The notes under the pieces were generated by a model that worked only from the letters and a program-made list of their open reading frames with translations, was not told the origin of the DNA and ran no database searches. The position numbers and the translations under genes were made by a program. Below, in pieces: positions 51,084 to 64,000 of a stretch of 64,000 bases of DNA. The DNA is from Lingula anatina. Its lineage: Eukaryota > Animalia > Brachiopoda. Location: NCBI GenBank assembly GCA_051362555.1, contig CM120643.1, forward strand, positions 27,904,848-27,968,847. Reading direction: 5' to 3'. How positions within the stretch are numbered: the first letter of the stretch is position 1; each line of letters begins with the position of its first letter.

Positions 51084-54000
51084 CCGAGCCGTGTGATGTA
51101 ACCGAGTTTAGAAATAAGTGGAAGATGGTCATGTCTATTTATCTCTATTTAAAATGTGCCTATTTAACTCTTCATTTGTTTGTTTGTTTGGTTGTATATT
51201 AGTTTACTTGAAAGGGTCACAGCAAGAAGAATATATATCGCATTATATTTGAATGAAACCATACTTACAAATAAAAACAAATGAAGGAAAAAGAAAGCAA
51301 GAAAGAAAGCATACCGTGTGTGTCATTGGCTCGCTGACACAACTTCTTGAACATCCCGCTGGAGACGATCTTTTGGAAACCAGTGTTCCAGTGCATGATG
51401 AAGGCACTGTCTTTTCTGGTCATCATCGAGTTTCCTCGCAGACGACAGCTAAATTCGGACCCTGTCAACTTGGCGAGCGTTCCGGCGGCAACGTGACGGT
51501 CAAATGAGTGATCTCCGGCGAACAGGGCATCTACCTAGGTTAAGGAATTAAGTTATTCACATCAGTATGTTGCATTTCTCCAGACTAAGGAGAAGCAGAG
51601 TATTCTTCAAAAGGAAATTTGTAGATGAAAAAGATGAAAACAATAAAGGTGCTGATAAGCAAACGGTACGGCGCAGCATGCTTTCAGTGGGTGCCTGGAT
51701 TTAATTATCAATATGTTGTTTTCATAAAGAAATAAATAGGTAAGCGGTTGGTTTATTTGACTGGTAGATAGACAAATGAATAAGCAGATAACTAAATAAA
51801 ATTACTCAATTAAACAAACAAACAAACAAACAAACGAATAGACCAATAAACTAATTTTTTTCACAAGTAATAAAAAATAAATTAAGCACATATACGTGTA
51901 TATACAAATAATCAAATCTAGTAACGAAAAAAGAGGCCGGCCATAAATCAATTTTGTCTATACTTACAGTGCTGTTTGTGACTATATCCAGCATATCCTT
52001 AATGGCGGTCACATACACTATCTGATTCTTGGCCAGTATCTTGCCCTGTATGGCGCTTTGTCTGGCAACACACTTCTCATCTTCCGACCAACCGTCCAGA
52101 AACCCTGGAGAGAAAGATATTTTGTTTATGATCTGTTCAATCTACAGCTGGAATGAGAGTTGGTGCTTTACGATATAGGGTATCTTCAATGACAATCTTC
52201 AACCACGTCAATACAGATCTGCTGGTTGGTATAAAATTATTGTCTTTCGTTACAAGAAACGTTCTTATCACTTGTATACAGTCCAGTATGTTTTTTCATC
52301 TTCTTTGTCATACACTGTACATAGTGTCTTCAATCAGCAGTTATAGCGGAGCTGAAGTTATCTAGTATCTCGGTTTCTGGCGAGACTCATTGCAGTTACA
52401 GGTGTAGATGTACATACTGTACAGTACATTGTATAGCCTCGACCTGAAATATGACGTCAGACCTTCCTTTCTCCCTCCCTCCTTCTATCCTACCTCCGCT
52501 AAATCGTCAGGGAAGTCGAAGCTTTTGTTTCTTTCGACACAGGCTTACCAAGTCTTGATATGATGACTAGTATAGTTTCCAGAACAAAGTGATACTGTTC
52601 ATCAAAGAATAAAATTTGACTTTCACGCCAAAACTCATATCTAACGGGCTAACCGGCCCCCCGATTTACCGACCTTCAACCTTCCTCCCCTGATACTCGC
52701 CATGACTAGGTAACAATTTCTGAAAAAGCCAAAGATCAAAACGCGCGCTTGCTTTCTTTTTTTGCAGATAGGCCATTCGTTCTATTGCCTAGACTTCAAG
52801 ATATCGTGAGACTCTCGTGCTTTGAAAGACACTATCTTCATATTGTGTCAAGATGGCTGACTACCGATACAGAGGTTGGCAAAGGACTGCAAATATGATT
52901 ATTTTTCCGATAACGATTAACGCCATTTATCCGTCATATTATGTTTTAAAAATTTTATTGTCCTCATACAAATTTAACGAGGAGCGACCCAAGCACTTTG
53001 AAAGGGATTTAAATTGTACACTGGATGTCTTTAACTGGACTGTCCCACTTTAAAAAATCGACAACTTAACATCCTGACTATCTTGTAAGAGAGTCTCCTA
53101 AGCAGACACCCCATACTCGCCACATAACTAAACAGGCGAAAGCAAACGTGTGGAGAACAAGTAACAGAGAGGGACTCGAACTCCTGTAGCGTAGTGCCAC
53201 GTTATTGGAAACACGTATTAAGCACCTCTCAAAGTGGTCCGGTGTGTCAGGAATGGTAGTCCGCTAGGCACCGTAGCCTGTTCCCGATTACTTTGTACAG
53301 GTGACATATTCGTCCCGTGTACAAACCCCAATACTCCGGATAACCCTAACCTGTGCTTAGCATTTGGATCCCGGACTTCCATTTCTAGGACTATCGTTAA
53401 CAACACGTACACCAGCCCATACCAATTCAGAGTCCCGGTGGATGTGAAAAGTTTCTAATTCTACCAAACTATAAAACCACCCACCTATCTTCTTGTTCCT
53501 GATATCCAAGGCATTAAAGTTGGACCCTGGTTTGGTGTAGAAGAACGACCTGGATTTGGGGCTGAAGGCGTTGGAGAAGGAAAACGTGCCAATTCTGTCA
53601 ATATTCGCTGACCATCCCGTGCAGGCGTCATACCATTTGGCGTGGAGACCTGGAATTGTAACACATGTGTAACAATTGGTGTTTATGATCAGATCCATAT
53701 ATTAATTAATTAATTAATTAATTGATCATGATAGATTATAATGAGAGTTGAGATGTTTTGGAGGAGGTCTACGCTCTCTGAGTGCTTTGCTGATTCATCT
53801 TATTCGTATTTTTATCTGTCTGTAAAATCAACGCCAGAGCACTGACCAAAACTTTAAACCTCAGAACTCACCCTTCCCACCAGATGACCTCTGACCTGCC
53901 TCGGACATCCAGCAGTTGGAGTAAGGGTCCCAGATGGTATAGCAATTCATTTGAGCCGCACCACACACTGGAAACAAAAAACAATTAGACAGGGTTCCCA

Positions 54001-54873
54001 GCCTTAGATCGATCTAACAGGATCGGTCCATCTCCACAGATCGGTCCTTCGCTAAATTGCTTTCAACCCAAGCGGCTTAGACGTCTGGGACGCCCACTAA
54101 AGCTGCTAAACGATAGTTAATGACCCCCCATCAGCCTCAGCAGGCGTGACAGATATCTAAGCCACCCCAGTTAATTGCAATTAAGCGAGAATCCCCTGGG
54201 AGATACATGTAGTTCGGTCCAAAGTTAGTATGATAGGGTCTGGGAATGGTCTCTTACAGAGGCCTATAAGTGGCGACTGCATTTTTGGAAAAGAGAATTG
54301 TCAGAGGGCAAAATTTTAGGGGGGATAGAGCCAACTTGACTTCTAAAATTTCGTCTTAGCTTCGACGTCGCCTAAACAGAGCATGAAGAGAAAATGGACG
54401 ACAAAATAAAAGGAAATTTTGTAAGTGAATAGCATTGGACGTCATTGGTATATATATATGTCATATTGTTACATTTTAGAGTGCGTGATACGTGACTTGA
54501 ACTTCGTTAGAAATCAAGCACTAAGTTTTTAGCTGCAAAAGGAAGTTTGCATTTAAATTTGTATCAAACACACTACTAACCATCACTCAGTGGGAAGTTT
54601 CCCGCATCAAAACTCTATGGAGCCAATGTATTTACCTGCTGCGATAAGGTCATGATGAAAACCAGCCAACACACCTGACGTATCACTGCAAAGTGAAGGA
54701 AATATTTATAATTACATACTAAAGTTTAAAAAACTTTTCTGGGAAATATTTACGAATACACCGTTTGATGATTGTTATAAGTAATAAGAACTTTTTCCAA
54801 ACGTCATATATGTACCTTGTGTATATAGTTTGATCCAGAAACACGTACAGTGTAAGAGGAAAAACTAAAATAA

Positions 54874-54924
<51 letters not shown>

Positions 54925-55748
54925 GTATGGCATGGCCCCTCCAACCCCCATTTCCCTCCTCCCCGCCCCCCTCTACTGGCAAAAACCCACACCCCACCCC
55001 TCTTACATATACTCATGCGCCCCGTAATCATGTCCTATGGCGATGGTCCATATTCTCCCCGGGAAATCGTTTCGTATGGGAACCCCGCCCACCGTCTTCG
55101 TGGAACTCATGACGTCACTTCCTGTCTGGGAGCCGGCAGCAGCGTTGACGGAGTCACCTGCACTCTGCACGACGACACTCGGGGTGGCGGGTCTTGAGAG
55201 CGCAACAGCGGCGATGATGAGTGCGACGAATGCGATTGTTGCGCAAACGATGATGATGATCCACAAGACTAAGTTTGATGCTGTAAATAATATACCATGA
55301 CTCCCGTGAGTTCTAGTTATCTGTTGGTCTTTATATCAACATTTGCAAGTAGTTAACCTGTATACTGTGTTCTGAAGAGGATTTTCCTGAATTGAAATAA
55401 ATCTTCCCGTCAGACAGCCTGAGACACTATATAGTCTCACCTACTATCTTATTCCGACACATTATGCCCGATTCTTGGTCCAAACGAACCATGTCTAAAC
55501 CAACAGTCTCGTTAGCATATTTGGCCAATGCTTTTTTATGTAATTTATCTATTCTATAGTGACACATTTATTGAATATTTTACTCAGTGGATTGTTCTTT
55601 CATGTTTTTAATGACACTTTTATCACTCTTTTACAGTACATGCACAATCCAACTTTCAGTTGCAAGAATACATGTAAATATAATTATCATTAAACTTACG
55701 TCCAGTGGCTGTGGTCAAGCCTTTCCTGTCACTGGTCTCTGTCTCCAT
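50814..55748 (-). CDS. Type II membrane-anchored periplasmic-binding-protein type 2 (SBP_bac_3 / PBPb-like) domain protein, ~343 aa
   Basis: Exons 55748-55700, 55280-55007, 54685-54636, 53967-53872, 53649-53485, 52104-51968, 51534-51315, 50854-50814, all GT-AG and phase-compatible. N-terminal TM (LVLWIIIIVCATIAFVALIIAAVAL), motifs EYIDTSGVLAGFHHDLIAAVC, DRIGTFSFSNAF, DIRNKKIGFLDG, VDALF, WNTGFQKIVSSGMFKKLC. Confidence 0.85.
51042..51079. repeat. (GA)n microsatellite (another at 63688-63725)
   Basis: Direct observation. Confidence 0.95.
54871..54923. repeat. (TAAA)n microsatellite
   Basis: Direct observation. Confidence 0.95.
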
Positions 55749-58514
55749 GGCAGGTATGGGACGCTCCCGCGGTCAACAGGGGTCTTAACTGGGTGTTCTA
55801 TAGCCTGCACAAACAAGTATTAAACATTAAGTGGGTGCCTGCTGGGAGATACTTAACCCAATGTAAGCTGATATGTTTACTGCGGTATCTATCCCTTTTT
55901 ACAGACGCGCACCTTTAACATGTCACCAACACAATGACTCGTCAATGCGGGGACTGTCATAGTGTACCTACCGGTGAATAAAATCCAGGTTACGGCCTTG
56001 GCACAGTGATGCACAAATACAAATAGCTAAAATACAAATTGTTCAAATCTTATTGTACTCTCTGTCTGCAGCCTTCATTGCGTAATGGATACTGTTTCCA
56101 GGGGCCTTTTTAAAAATTTTTAAAACCTTTTAAACCTGTTTTAAACCTGTTTTAAACTTGACTTTCAGTGTAGTATTCCCGTATTACATGTATCATCTAC
56201 AGTGAAGGAAGCGTGTGAGGATGGAGGACCCGGCTTCATCTAAGAACTAAAGTCAAAAGTCAGACTTAACATTGAGACCGAAAGTTATAGCCTACTTAAA
56301 GGGATAACAACTGTTTATATAAGATTCTAAATTCCACAATAAAAACATTGTGAAGAACACAAAAAACTATTAAAAACTCCATTTTTACCACTAAAGCGGT
56401 GGTAATCACAATTATTCTGAAATCTTGCCATCGGAACACCTGAACCTTCATAGATGGGTACCCTAATCTCTTAAGAAATAAATACCAAAAACACACCAAA
56501 AATCTCTCGTCTAACTCTGACTCTCGAAACGGATTCATTAACCATAAGAAGGTATGAGAAAGTCGTTGTTTACCCCGGAATATCCGTCATTTGGCACTTT
56601 TCCTGCCACAATGAACAGTTGTTTTCTTTTTAATGCTCTGATAAGTCGGTTTTACAGGTGCGTATAATGGCCATCGTTGTAGACCTATATTTACTACACT
56701 TGAATGACTACTACATATGTAGTACTTTCCTAGGATGACTTTGACTTTTTTTCAATCTGATGTTTACAATCATCTTTGGGATTTAGTATTGCTTGGGCAT
56801 TTTTGGCATCTTTGTATGTGCAAACTTCCTTTTACAATAAGTACAAGAATTTTAATCACTTTGTTCTAAGTAACATATGCAAATTATCTCATTTAGACCA
56901 CCGAGGAGACAGGTGCGCTAATCTACTTATATACCCACTGATCAGGTGCCCTAGATCCCCTCCCTCCCCCTCACACAAACCATTGTCCAATGACCTCTCC
57001 ATCCCCCTGATTATAAGCCAAAAATACCACTTTTCCTCACATCCTGAAATGTTTAGACAATATAAATATAAACGACCTACCCTATTTTCTTTCTAGTCTT
57101 TATTGCTGCACCTGTAGTACAACAGTTATCGCTGACCTACGCTCAGTCTTTTTTTAGCAAACTTGTGCTTTAAATTACCATATAAATAGATACCCCAGTC
57201 CCATACTAATGTTCTCTGCATACCGCAGTGTTCAGTCAAGGTCACGTGACAGAGCCGAAGAGTACACGAACACTGCAGACCAAATAAAAGGTAAAATATG
57301 AATATTTTTTCTCTCTTGCGCTCGCGTGCTCACGGACACACACGCACAACCAATCATTTATTTAGTGTATGTAGCACGTATTTGGTCCACAATCACCAGT
57401 TTATTTCCAAGTCTACAAAAAACAAAATAATTTAACTGTACCGCCATTAAATACAGTGTATTTCATCGCTTATGAGATGGAACTGGTTGACTTGTTGAAT
57501 GTGGAATAACGTGTACTGGTACGTGTTACTAAATCTGGTTTATAACTGCTCACAGGGAAACACTCCAAATTATGTATCCTCCAATTTCGACCAAATGGCA
57601 TAACATTAATACAAGATCCAGCGCTGCATGTCATTTCAGTTACCTTCTGTGGTTTTTTAGTGAAAACATCTTTTATACTCGAGTATAGTCCAGTGAAACG
57701 TGCTTCCAGGCATATAAAATATGCCATTAGTAGATATCAGTTTAAGTTTAGTCAGAATTTTTTTTTTTTGATCGGCTCAGAAGTTAAGAGGCTGAGCCTT
57801 TTATGTTTTATAAAACATGTTTTATTCAATAAGTAGTCTAAAACTCTTATTATTTCTATTCACGTGATCGCTCCCTTTTAGACCACATTGGAAATCAGTG
57901 TTTTTAGCTTTCTTGTGTCATCTGTGTATTTATTGTATATTATATATTTAATATATAATTCACATTTTAAGTATTAAAAATCAAATCAAATCAAAATTTC
58001 CAATTGAAATTTCATAGAACAAACAGTATAGACAGTGAATAGTGTAGGCTATGCATGGAAAAAATAAGATGAAATCACTTTTGACTGTTTATTTCCTTTT
58101 TATATGGAAAGCAAAATACGAGTTATTTAATGTGTTTTTAATCACAACCTTTGTTACATAAGAATTGGATCTTATTCTTTATAATGTCCATTAAAGATAA
58201 TATATATGTGCGTAATTTGGATATTAGCTTTCAGATAAACGTATTTACAAGACGTACAAACACAAAGACTTCACATAAAGACATCACCGGTTCAGACTTT
58301 TGATTTACCGTTTTATTCCAAAAAAATATCAATATCAAAATGATTGAAACGATAAATGCAGCCGAAATTACGTAAATCCAAATAAGTGTATATTTCGTTT
58401 CTTCTTCCACCTATGCTCCTTTTTTAAAAACATCGACAGTCGATAAGCAAATCGTGGATATAAATCTCCCCCCTAACTCAGTGCGGCGTGGCGCCATTTT
58501 CAAACGCTGTTTAT

Positions 58515-61500
58515 CTATGCGTTTGCCTCCTTTTCCTTCTCGTCATTGGAATGGATTGGCTCTTTCTTCTCGTGGACCGGGGCGACCTCGGAGGTCACGA
58601 CTAGTTTTGGAAGGTCGTTGTGGAGATGGGCTCTTAGAATGGCCTGGAAAGAAAGAGACACTTGACAAATATCGTAGGACCTTCATAAACGTATCCTATA
58701 CATGATTTTCCCTACAATAGAACTTCCCCCAGACAAAAAAAAGAAACAATTTTCTCAAATTCAAGAATCATTAATTAACCCGTCCCTACACAAGGAGGGG
58801 CTGTCTTGTACCATATCTTATTGAATAATTTAAAAATTAAAATAATCTTTATGTCTGACCAGTCATTGACCGCCATATCTCCATGTACATTTCAAGGCAC
58901 TATTGACATCAGATCTGAAGTTTTTTTGTGATTTTAAGGTGTTAATTGAGAAATATAAGTGACGTTAGGACATTTTCAAAAGCGGACAATATATGGTACC
59001 TCTAACAAAGTTTTGTATCCCTCAAGAAAACGCTTGGCATACAGAGCTAGTGGCGGGAATACAGCATTGACTAAGGAACATTAAAGGGATAATAACTCTT
59101 CGTATGATATCTATATTTCACAATAAATACATTGTGAACAACTCATAGAAATATAATATATTCTGCTTTACCACAAAAACAGCAGTTATAGCTATTATTC
59201 TGATATCTAACAAAAAACCAAACGTTTTAGAAAAAACCAAGGACTAATTTTGAATGTAAAAATGGATTCATGAAGCATTGGAAAGTACGAGAAAATTGTT
59301 GTTTACTCTAGGAAAATTCATTTTTTGGCCAAAACGAAGAGTTATTATCCCTTTAACAATGTATTGGAGTAATGTGAACAGTTCACCTTCTGTACATCAT
59401 ATAGTGGTTGTAGTGAGATGTAGTGTGTTTGTCAGTAGGTACTATCTGAGCTAAGAGCAGAGTGGTTACATACCTCCATCGCTTTCTCCTTCTTGCTCAC
59501 TTTTCCACTTTTCATGCATTTCTAAAAATATAAGACACGAGAAAACATGAGGTATGTATTTAAGGTAGATACCATCAAAACTATATCTTAATACAACGTT
59601 TTATGTTGGTTCAAATTAAAATGAAAAACATATGATTTATAACATGAAATGTACTGGAGTTGTATGAAAACACTTCACCGTGGTACTTTTTTAACAGCAT
59701 ATATTTCCCTGCTTCTCTGCGTTAGTGTTATACTTGAGTACATGTAGGTTGGGAGGTAATTAAGCATCTTGAGAATTCGAACAGAACCTTAGTCCTAGAT
59801 GTTATTTGAAATCAGAGGGTACCTTGTTCAGCTTTACTTTCGTCCCCCCCCCCTCCCCGCCTCTCTCTTGAGTCGGAGTCAGTACTTACCACGGCTGTCA
59901 GGATGATCAGCGCCAAGGCGGCAAGTGCCACCACACAGACCACAGCAATGATGGTGGCGTACTCCAGATTGTGAGCCCAGCTGTATGTCGTCATAACCAC
60001 GTGATCACCCTGCTCTTCTCCTGCACGCTGGCTCTCGGCGGCCATCTTGTCTTCTAAATATGAAATGACCGATGATTATATAACAAATAGGAGTTAATCA
60101 AACCATGGAAGTATATCTACACATATACTTCCATGATCAAACAAAAGGGAGTCACAAATCGAATTGATACCCTGTAAATTTTAATTTCAAAATAAAGTAT
60201 ATCATAATTAACAAAAAATCAGTTGAAAAGCTGTCATTAAAAAGTAAAGTTGCATAGCACATAAAAACAGTTTTTTCAGTGAATTCATTTTGTCGGTTTA
60301 AACAAATTTTTATCTAAATTCAAGGAAGACTATTAAGATGTGCGTTCTGTACCCTTGACATCCTCTTTAATGGTCTCCTCCTCAGCGGCTGGAGAGGTCT
60401 TCTCCTCCAGGACCACCTTAGATTCAGGCTGCTTCTCTGGCTCAGCAGTTTTTACAGTGGGGATCTCTTCAACAGGCTTTGCCTGAAATATATTCATTGT
60501 TAGAATTTATCAAAACTATCATGGCATGCTGTAAAATTGTGCGAACGAAGAGGTGCCGCGTACGTTATTCCGTACTCAAAATGACATTAGCCCAACTCCT
60601 TTTGCCTCTATTTTATACAGAGTCGACGTTTTTTTAACTACGTGTTGATTAAGCGGACGTCACCATTGAACATATATCAATATGTACCCGAATTAGAGTA
60701 GCTTTGGGGATACACTACTTCATGCTCTACAACTCTCACACTACTTTCAATCCAAAAAAAAAAAAAAATAGTTATGATTCTCACCTTGGGTGCTGGCTTC
60801 TGCTCAGCAGGTGCCTCTGGTTTTTCACTTGGAGGTTCGGGCTGTCCGATAGCGGTACCGCTGACGTCATCTTTGCTATCTCCCTGGTCAATTGGCACAT
60901 CAACTGGGGCTGGCACGTCAACGTCTGGCACATCAACGTGGTCTTAATGTTGAAATGAAATTTTAAAATAATTGTTAAATAGGTATTTGGGGAGTGCTTA
61001 GATAATCGTAAGACAATCGTGGGCACGAACTTAAGTACCTGTATTATCCTAGAATGTACAAGTTAATATTCATGGTTTACAGTCGCTTTTGCTGGTTTTG
61101 AATGGTCGCCAAATATATGATGAGCTATAAACCTATTGATTTCAAGGCGTGTATAACATTCCACTTGTACTTACCACAGCAGACATTACTGCAAGCCTCC
61201 TCGGTTTCGAAATTATTGGCATTTCCGCCGCACCCGCTGAACATGAACGGCTCACAGATGCCACTCTTCTCATTGTAATGCCATCTGAACATGGTTCCAG
61301 TGCAGGTGCCCACCTCCATGGGCAGGTAGCACACGGGGTTGGTGGGGGCACCGCTGTGGGGGGCATGGGAGAGAATTGGCAACTTGGGGAGTGGGACTCC
61401 GTGGACAGGAGTGTCGAACCCGGCATTGGGGATGAAGTTCTTGGCTGGTCTCATTGGTGGCATGAGAGGGAAGTTGAACAGAGGCTGTGGTCTCGGTTTC

Positions 61501-63478
61501 ATAAACCACATACGCGGACCACCAGGTGGTGGTAGCATCTGCTGGCGCTGCTGTTCGCGGCGACGTGACGCGAAGGTAACGTGGGAAAGTCTCTCGTAGA
61601 CGAGCACGCTCGGCAGGGGGCGACCACCCATGACCATCCCCCTTGGTCGTGGACCTGGCATCCTCAGACCATGTGACATGTCAATGCCTGGTTGCTGTTG
61701 GGGCGTGTCTGTTTCGTGTTGCTGAGCTGGCATTCCATGTGCTTGCTGTTGTTTAGCAGGGATACTGTGCTGTGGCATCTGCATTTCATGTTGAGGAGCA
61801 GGCATGCCTTGCTGTGGAGCTGGGAATCTCCCGTTTTGCTGTTGAGGCATCTGTTGATGATGCCCGAAGTTTGGTGGGTTCATCTCCATTGGGTTGCGCT
61901 GTTGGAGACCGTCTTGTCCTAAAGGCATCATCATCATCATGCCCATGCCTCTGTTCATCTCGTGTCTTGGCCCATTCATGAACATATTGCCGTGTGGCCC
62001 TCTCTGGCCTGGCATTTTCCTCAGATGACCTGGCGGTGGGCCGTAAGATTCCATTTGCGGAGCCTGGGGGCCAAACGGGCGTGGCTGCTCCTGTGGCTGG
62101 AAACCATGGGGTCCGGTCTGGGGAGGAACACCAACGTGCATCAAGAAAGTTTTGAATGCTCCTTCCGGAAGTTGTTCCAGGGGGCGCTGTTGGTCGGGTT
62201 CAGGGGAGTGCTCGGGGCTGATGTCAAAGATCATGTTAAATCCGTGGCCTTGTGGCTGATGATTGTTATTGGCATCTGGTTGCTGTTGTTGCTGTTGATG
62301 TGGTTGCATTGCCATCATGTCAATGAAAATTCCTGGGACATTCGGGATTCCCGGCATATTGCTGTCTGGAGAATTGAACGGTCTTCTCAGCGGCTGGTCT
62401 GATGGATTCATGATTAAAGATGGCCTGGGTGTATCGTCGTTCTGGTTGCCAAACGGACCCGGGAAAGCAGGGGCGCCCATCATAGCCATACCGTGTCCCC
62501 TTTGGGGCGTAGGGAAAGACTGGTTTGGACGACCTGACGGGAACGGGAATGGCACCTCCTGGTTATCTCCTCTCTGGAAAACTGGTGGTTGTTGTTGGTT
62601 GGTGTCGTCGTGGCTCTGGTCTTGTGGGTGAGTGAGGTGACGATCAGGAGAGACATTGGTGTTACTGCCTAAACCGAACATTAGTCCCAGAAGATTAGCC
62701 ATGATTTGGGGTGTCTGTTGTGGGCCTTCACTCTCGTCAGCTTCTTGGTTGTGTTGAGGCTCTTGAGGCTGCTGGCTGTCCTCGTCATTCTGATCAGGTT
62801 GGAGGAACGGGTTGGGTGGCATCTGAGGCATTGCACCGGCAGGTGGAGCTGCTGGTCCCATCATGAAGGGGAAGGGTTGAGGGGCCATGTTGTTAGGCAT
62901 AAACGGCTGCGGGAAGGGCCCTCGCCTGCGGTTATCGTCTCCGCCAAGGAGTGGTCGTCTGGGGTCACTGAATCCTGTACTGCTAGGGGCGCTAATTGGA
63001 GTGTCATCCTGACTTGGGACGGGAACGTCTTGGTTGTCATCGGCCTCTGGGACAACAACAATCGGGATTGGCTGGTTGTCCTCGGGCTGGCTGTCTTCCT
63101 GGGTTGTTTCTTCCGGGTCTTGATCAGGCTGGACTCTCTCTGGAGTTGGAGGAAGGGGCATTCTTGGAAAGAAGGGGCCCTGGTTGGTAGTGTCGGGGTT
63201 TGGAGGCACGGGAAAGACGGGCATGACCGGCGCTCCGTTCACTGTGATAGTCAACTGCTGTGCTGGTGTCTCGGCATTCTGTTCAGCGGGTGTGGAATCT
63301 TCCCCTGTTCCCACCATTTGCTGTGGTTCTGGTTGGTCTTGAGAGCTGACCTGTGGCGCCACCACTATGGTGGGGATGTCAGCAGTGGCGTCATCTGTGG
63401 CGTCATCAGTGGCGACATCTTCTGGTTTTGGTGGCTGCGGAATGCCATCTGCGAATGGGCTAAATTGTTCAGTCCACC
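58515..63478 (-). CDS. 3' part of a type I transmembrane protein: Pro/Gln/Met/Gly/Asp low-complexity ectodomain, BPTI/Kunitz domain, acidic stalk, TM, short cytoplasmic tail (5' exons not identified in the window)
   Basis: Exons 63478-61175, 60942-60785, 60482-60353, 60053-59890, 59521-59474, 58643-58515, all GT-AG and in phase. Kunitz CYLPMEVGTCTGTMFRWHYNEKSGICEPFMFSGCGGNANNFETEEACSNVC; TM YATIIAVVCVVALAALALIILTAV; tail ends EKEKEANA*. Confidence 0.88.
59085..59352. mobile_element. Kolobok-type MITE (truncated copies at ~28338 and ~45982)
   Basis: TTAA TSD, perfect 18-bp TIR AGGGATAATAACTCTTCG. Confidence 0.85.
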
Positions 63479-63682
63479 CTAGGAGTAGAAATGAATTATT
63501 TTTAACAGATTGATGTCAAGTGTAGGTAGAAAGATTACACATATACCAACGAAATGTGCATATACTAATGATTATAACGGTTTTCTTGAACACAAAAAAT
63601 CAACTTAAACTTAATTAGCATATATAACGGAAATGTTTTTTAAAAAACAAACACTAGCTTAAAGATATATATTCAAATATCC

Positions 63683-63730
<48 letters not shown>

Positions 63731-64000
63731 GCATTCCACCCACACAATTCACTACCTAATCTTTAATTAAAGAAACCTTCACTATGATTGTTTATCCAAC
63801 ACATTTAACATGTGTGCTAAGTGAATTAGAGTACAAATACAAGGATCCAAAACAAGACATCAGATTAAAGAACTAATAGCCTTAATCAAGTTTGTCATGT
63901 TATTCGACAAATCGTGTTTCTCAAAAAATTCAAATGTAGAAGATTTCAGATATACCCGTACATCCTTCAAAACCGACGGGAAAAGATAAAAATAACACTT

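Noticed and set aside
53160-53205. tRNA-like B-box (GTTCGAGTCC) on the minus strand
   Set aside because: Too short for a cloverleaf, with no D or anticodon arm; possibly a decayed SINE head
61149-63482. Overlapping plus-strand ORFs up to 258 aa
   Set aside because: Antisense shadows of the low-complexity/Kunitz exon

Overview
AT-rich eukaryotic DNA from a marine invertebrate (probably a mollusc or other lophotrochozoan; this is inferred from gene content). All host genes lie on the minus strand and were rebuilt by hand from GT-AG splice sites and phase continuity. (1) 4452-9477: a secreted ~1120-aa protein with nine HYR-like 'RTWTxxDxCG' repeats of Bacteroidetes type, all in one 2.3-kb exon. 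(2) ~15.2-49.3 kb: a tandemly duplicated cluster of three small cysteine-rich prepropeptide genes of mytimycin/Diedel type. Two are complete (12 Cys, KR cleavage site, acidic pro-tail, strongly diverged mature peptides) and one is 3'-truncated. (3) 50814-55748: an 8-exon gene for a type II membrane-anchored periplasmic-binding-protein-like (PBP2/SBP_bac_3) domain. (4) 58515-63478: the 3' part of a type I membrane protein with a long Pro/Gln/Met/Gly low-complexity ectodomain and one Kunitz domain. Transposons fill the gaps. They include an intact, very young Gypsy LTR element (34109-41516) at the centre of a four-level nested insertion, a long-TIR Academ-type element, a foldback Tc1 derivative carrying an ISL2EU-like THAP relic, and many MITEs. 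No database search could be run, so family names rest on motif recognition.
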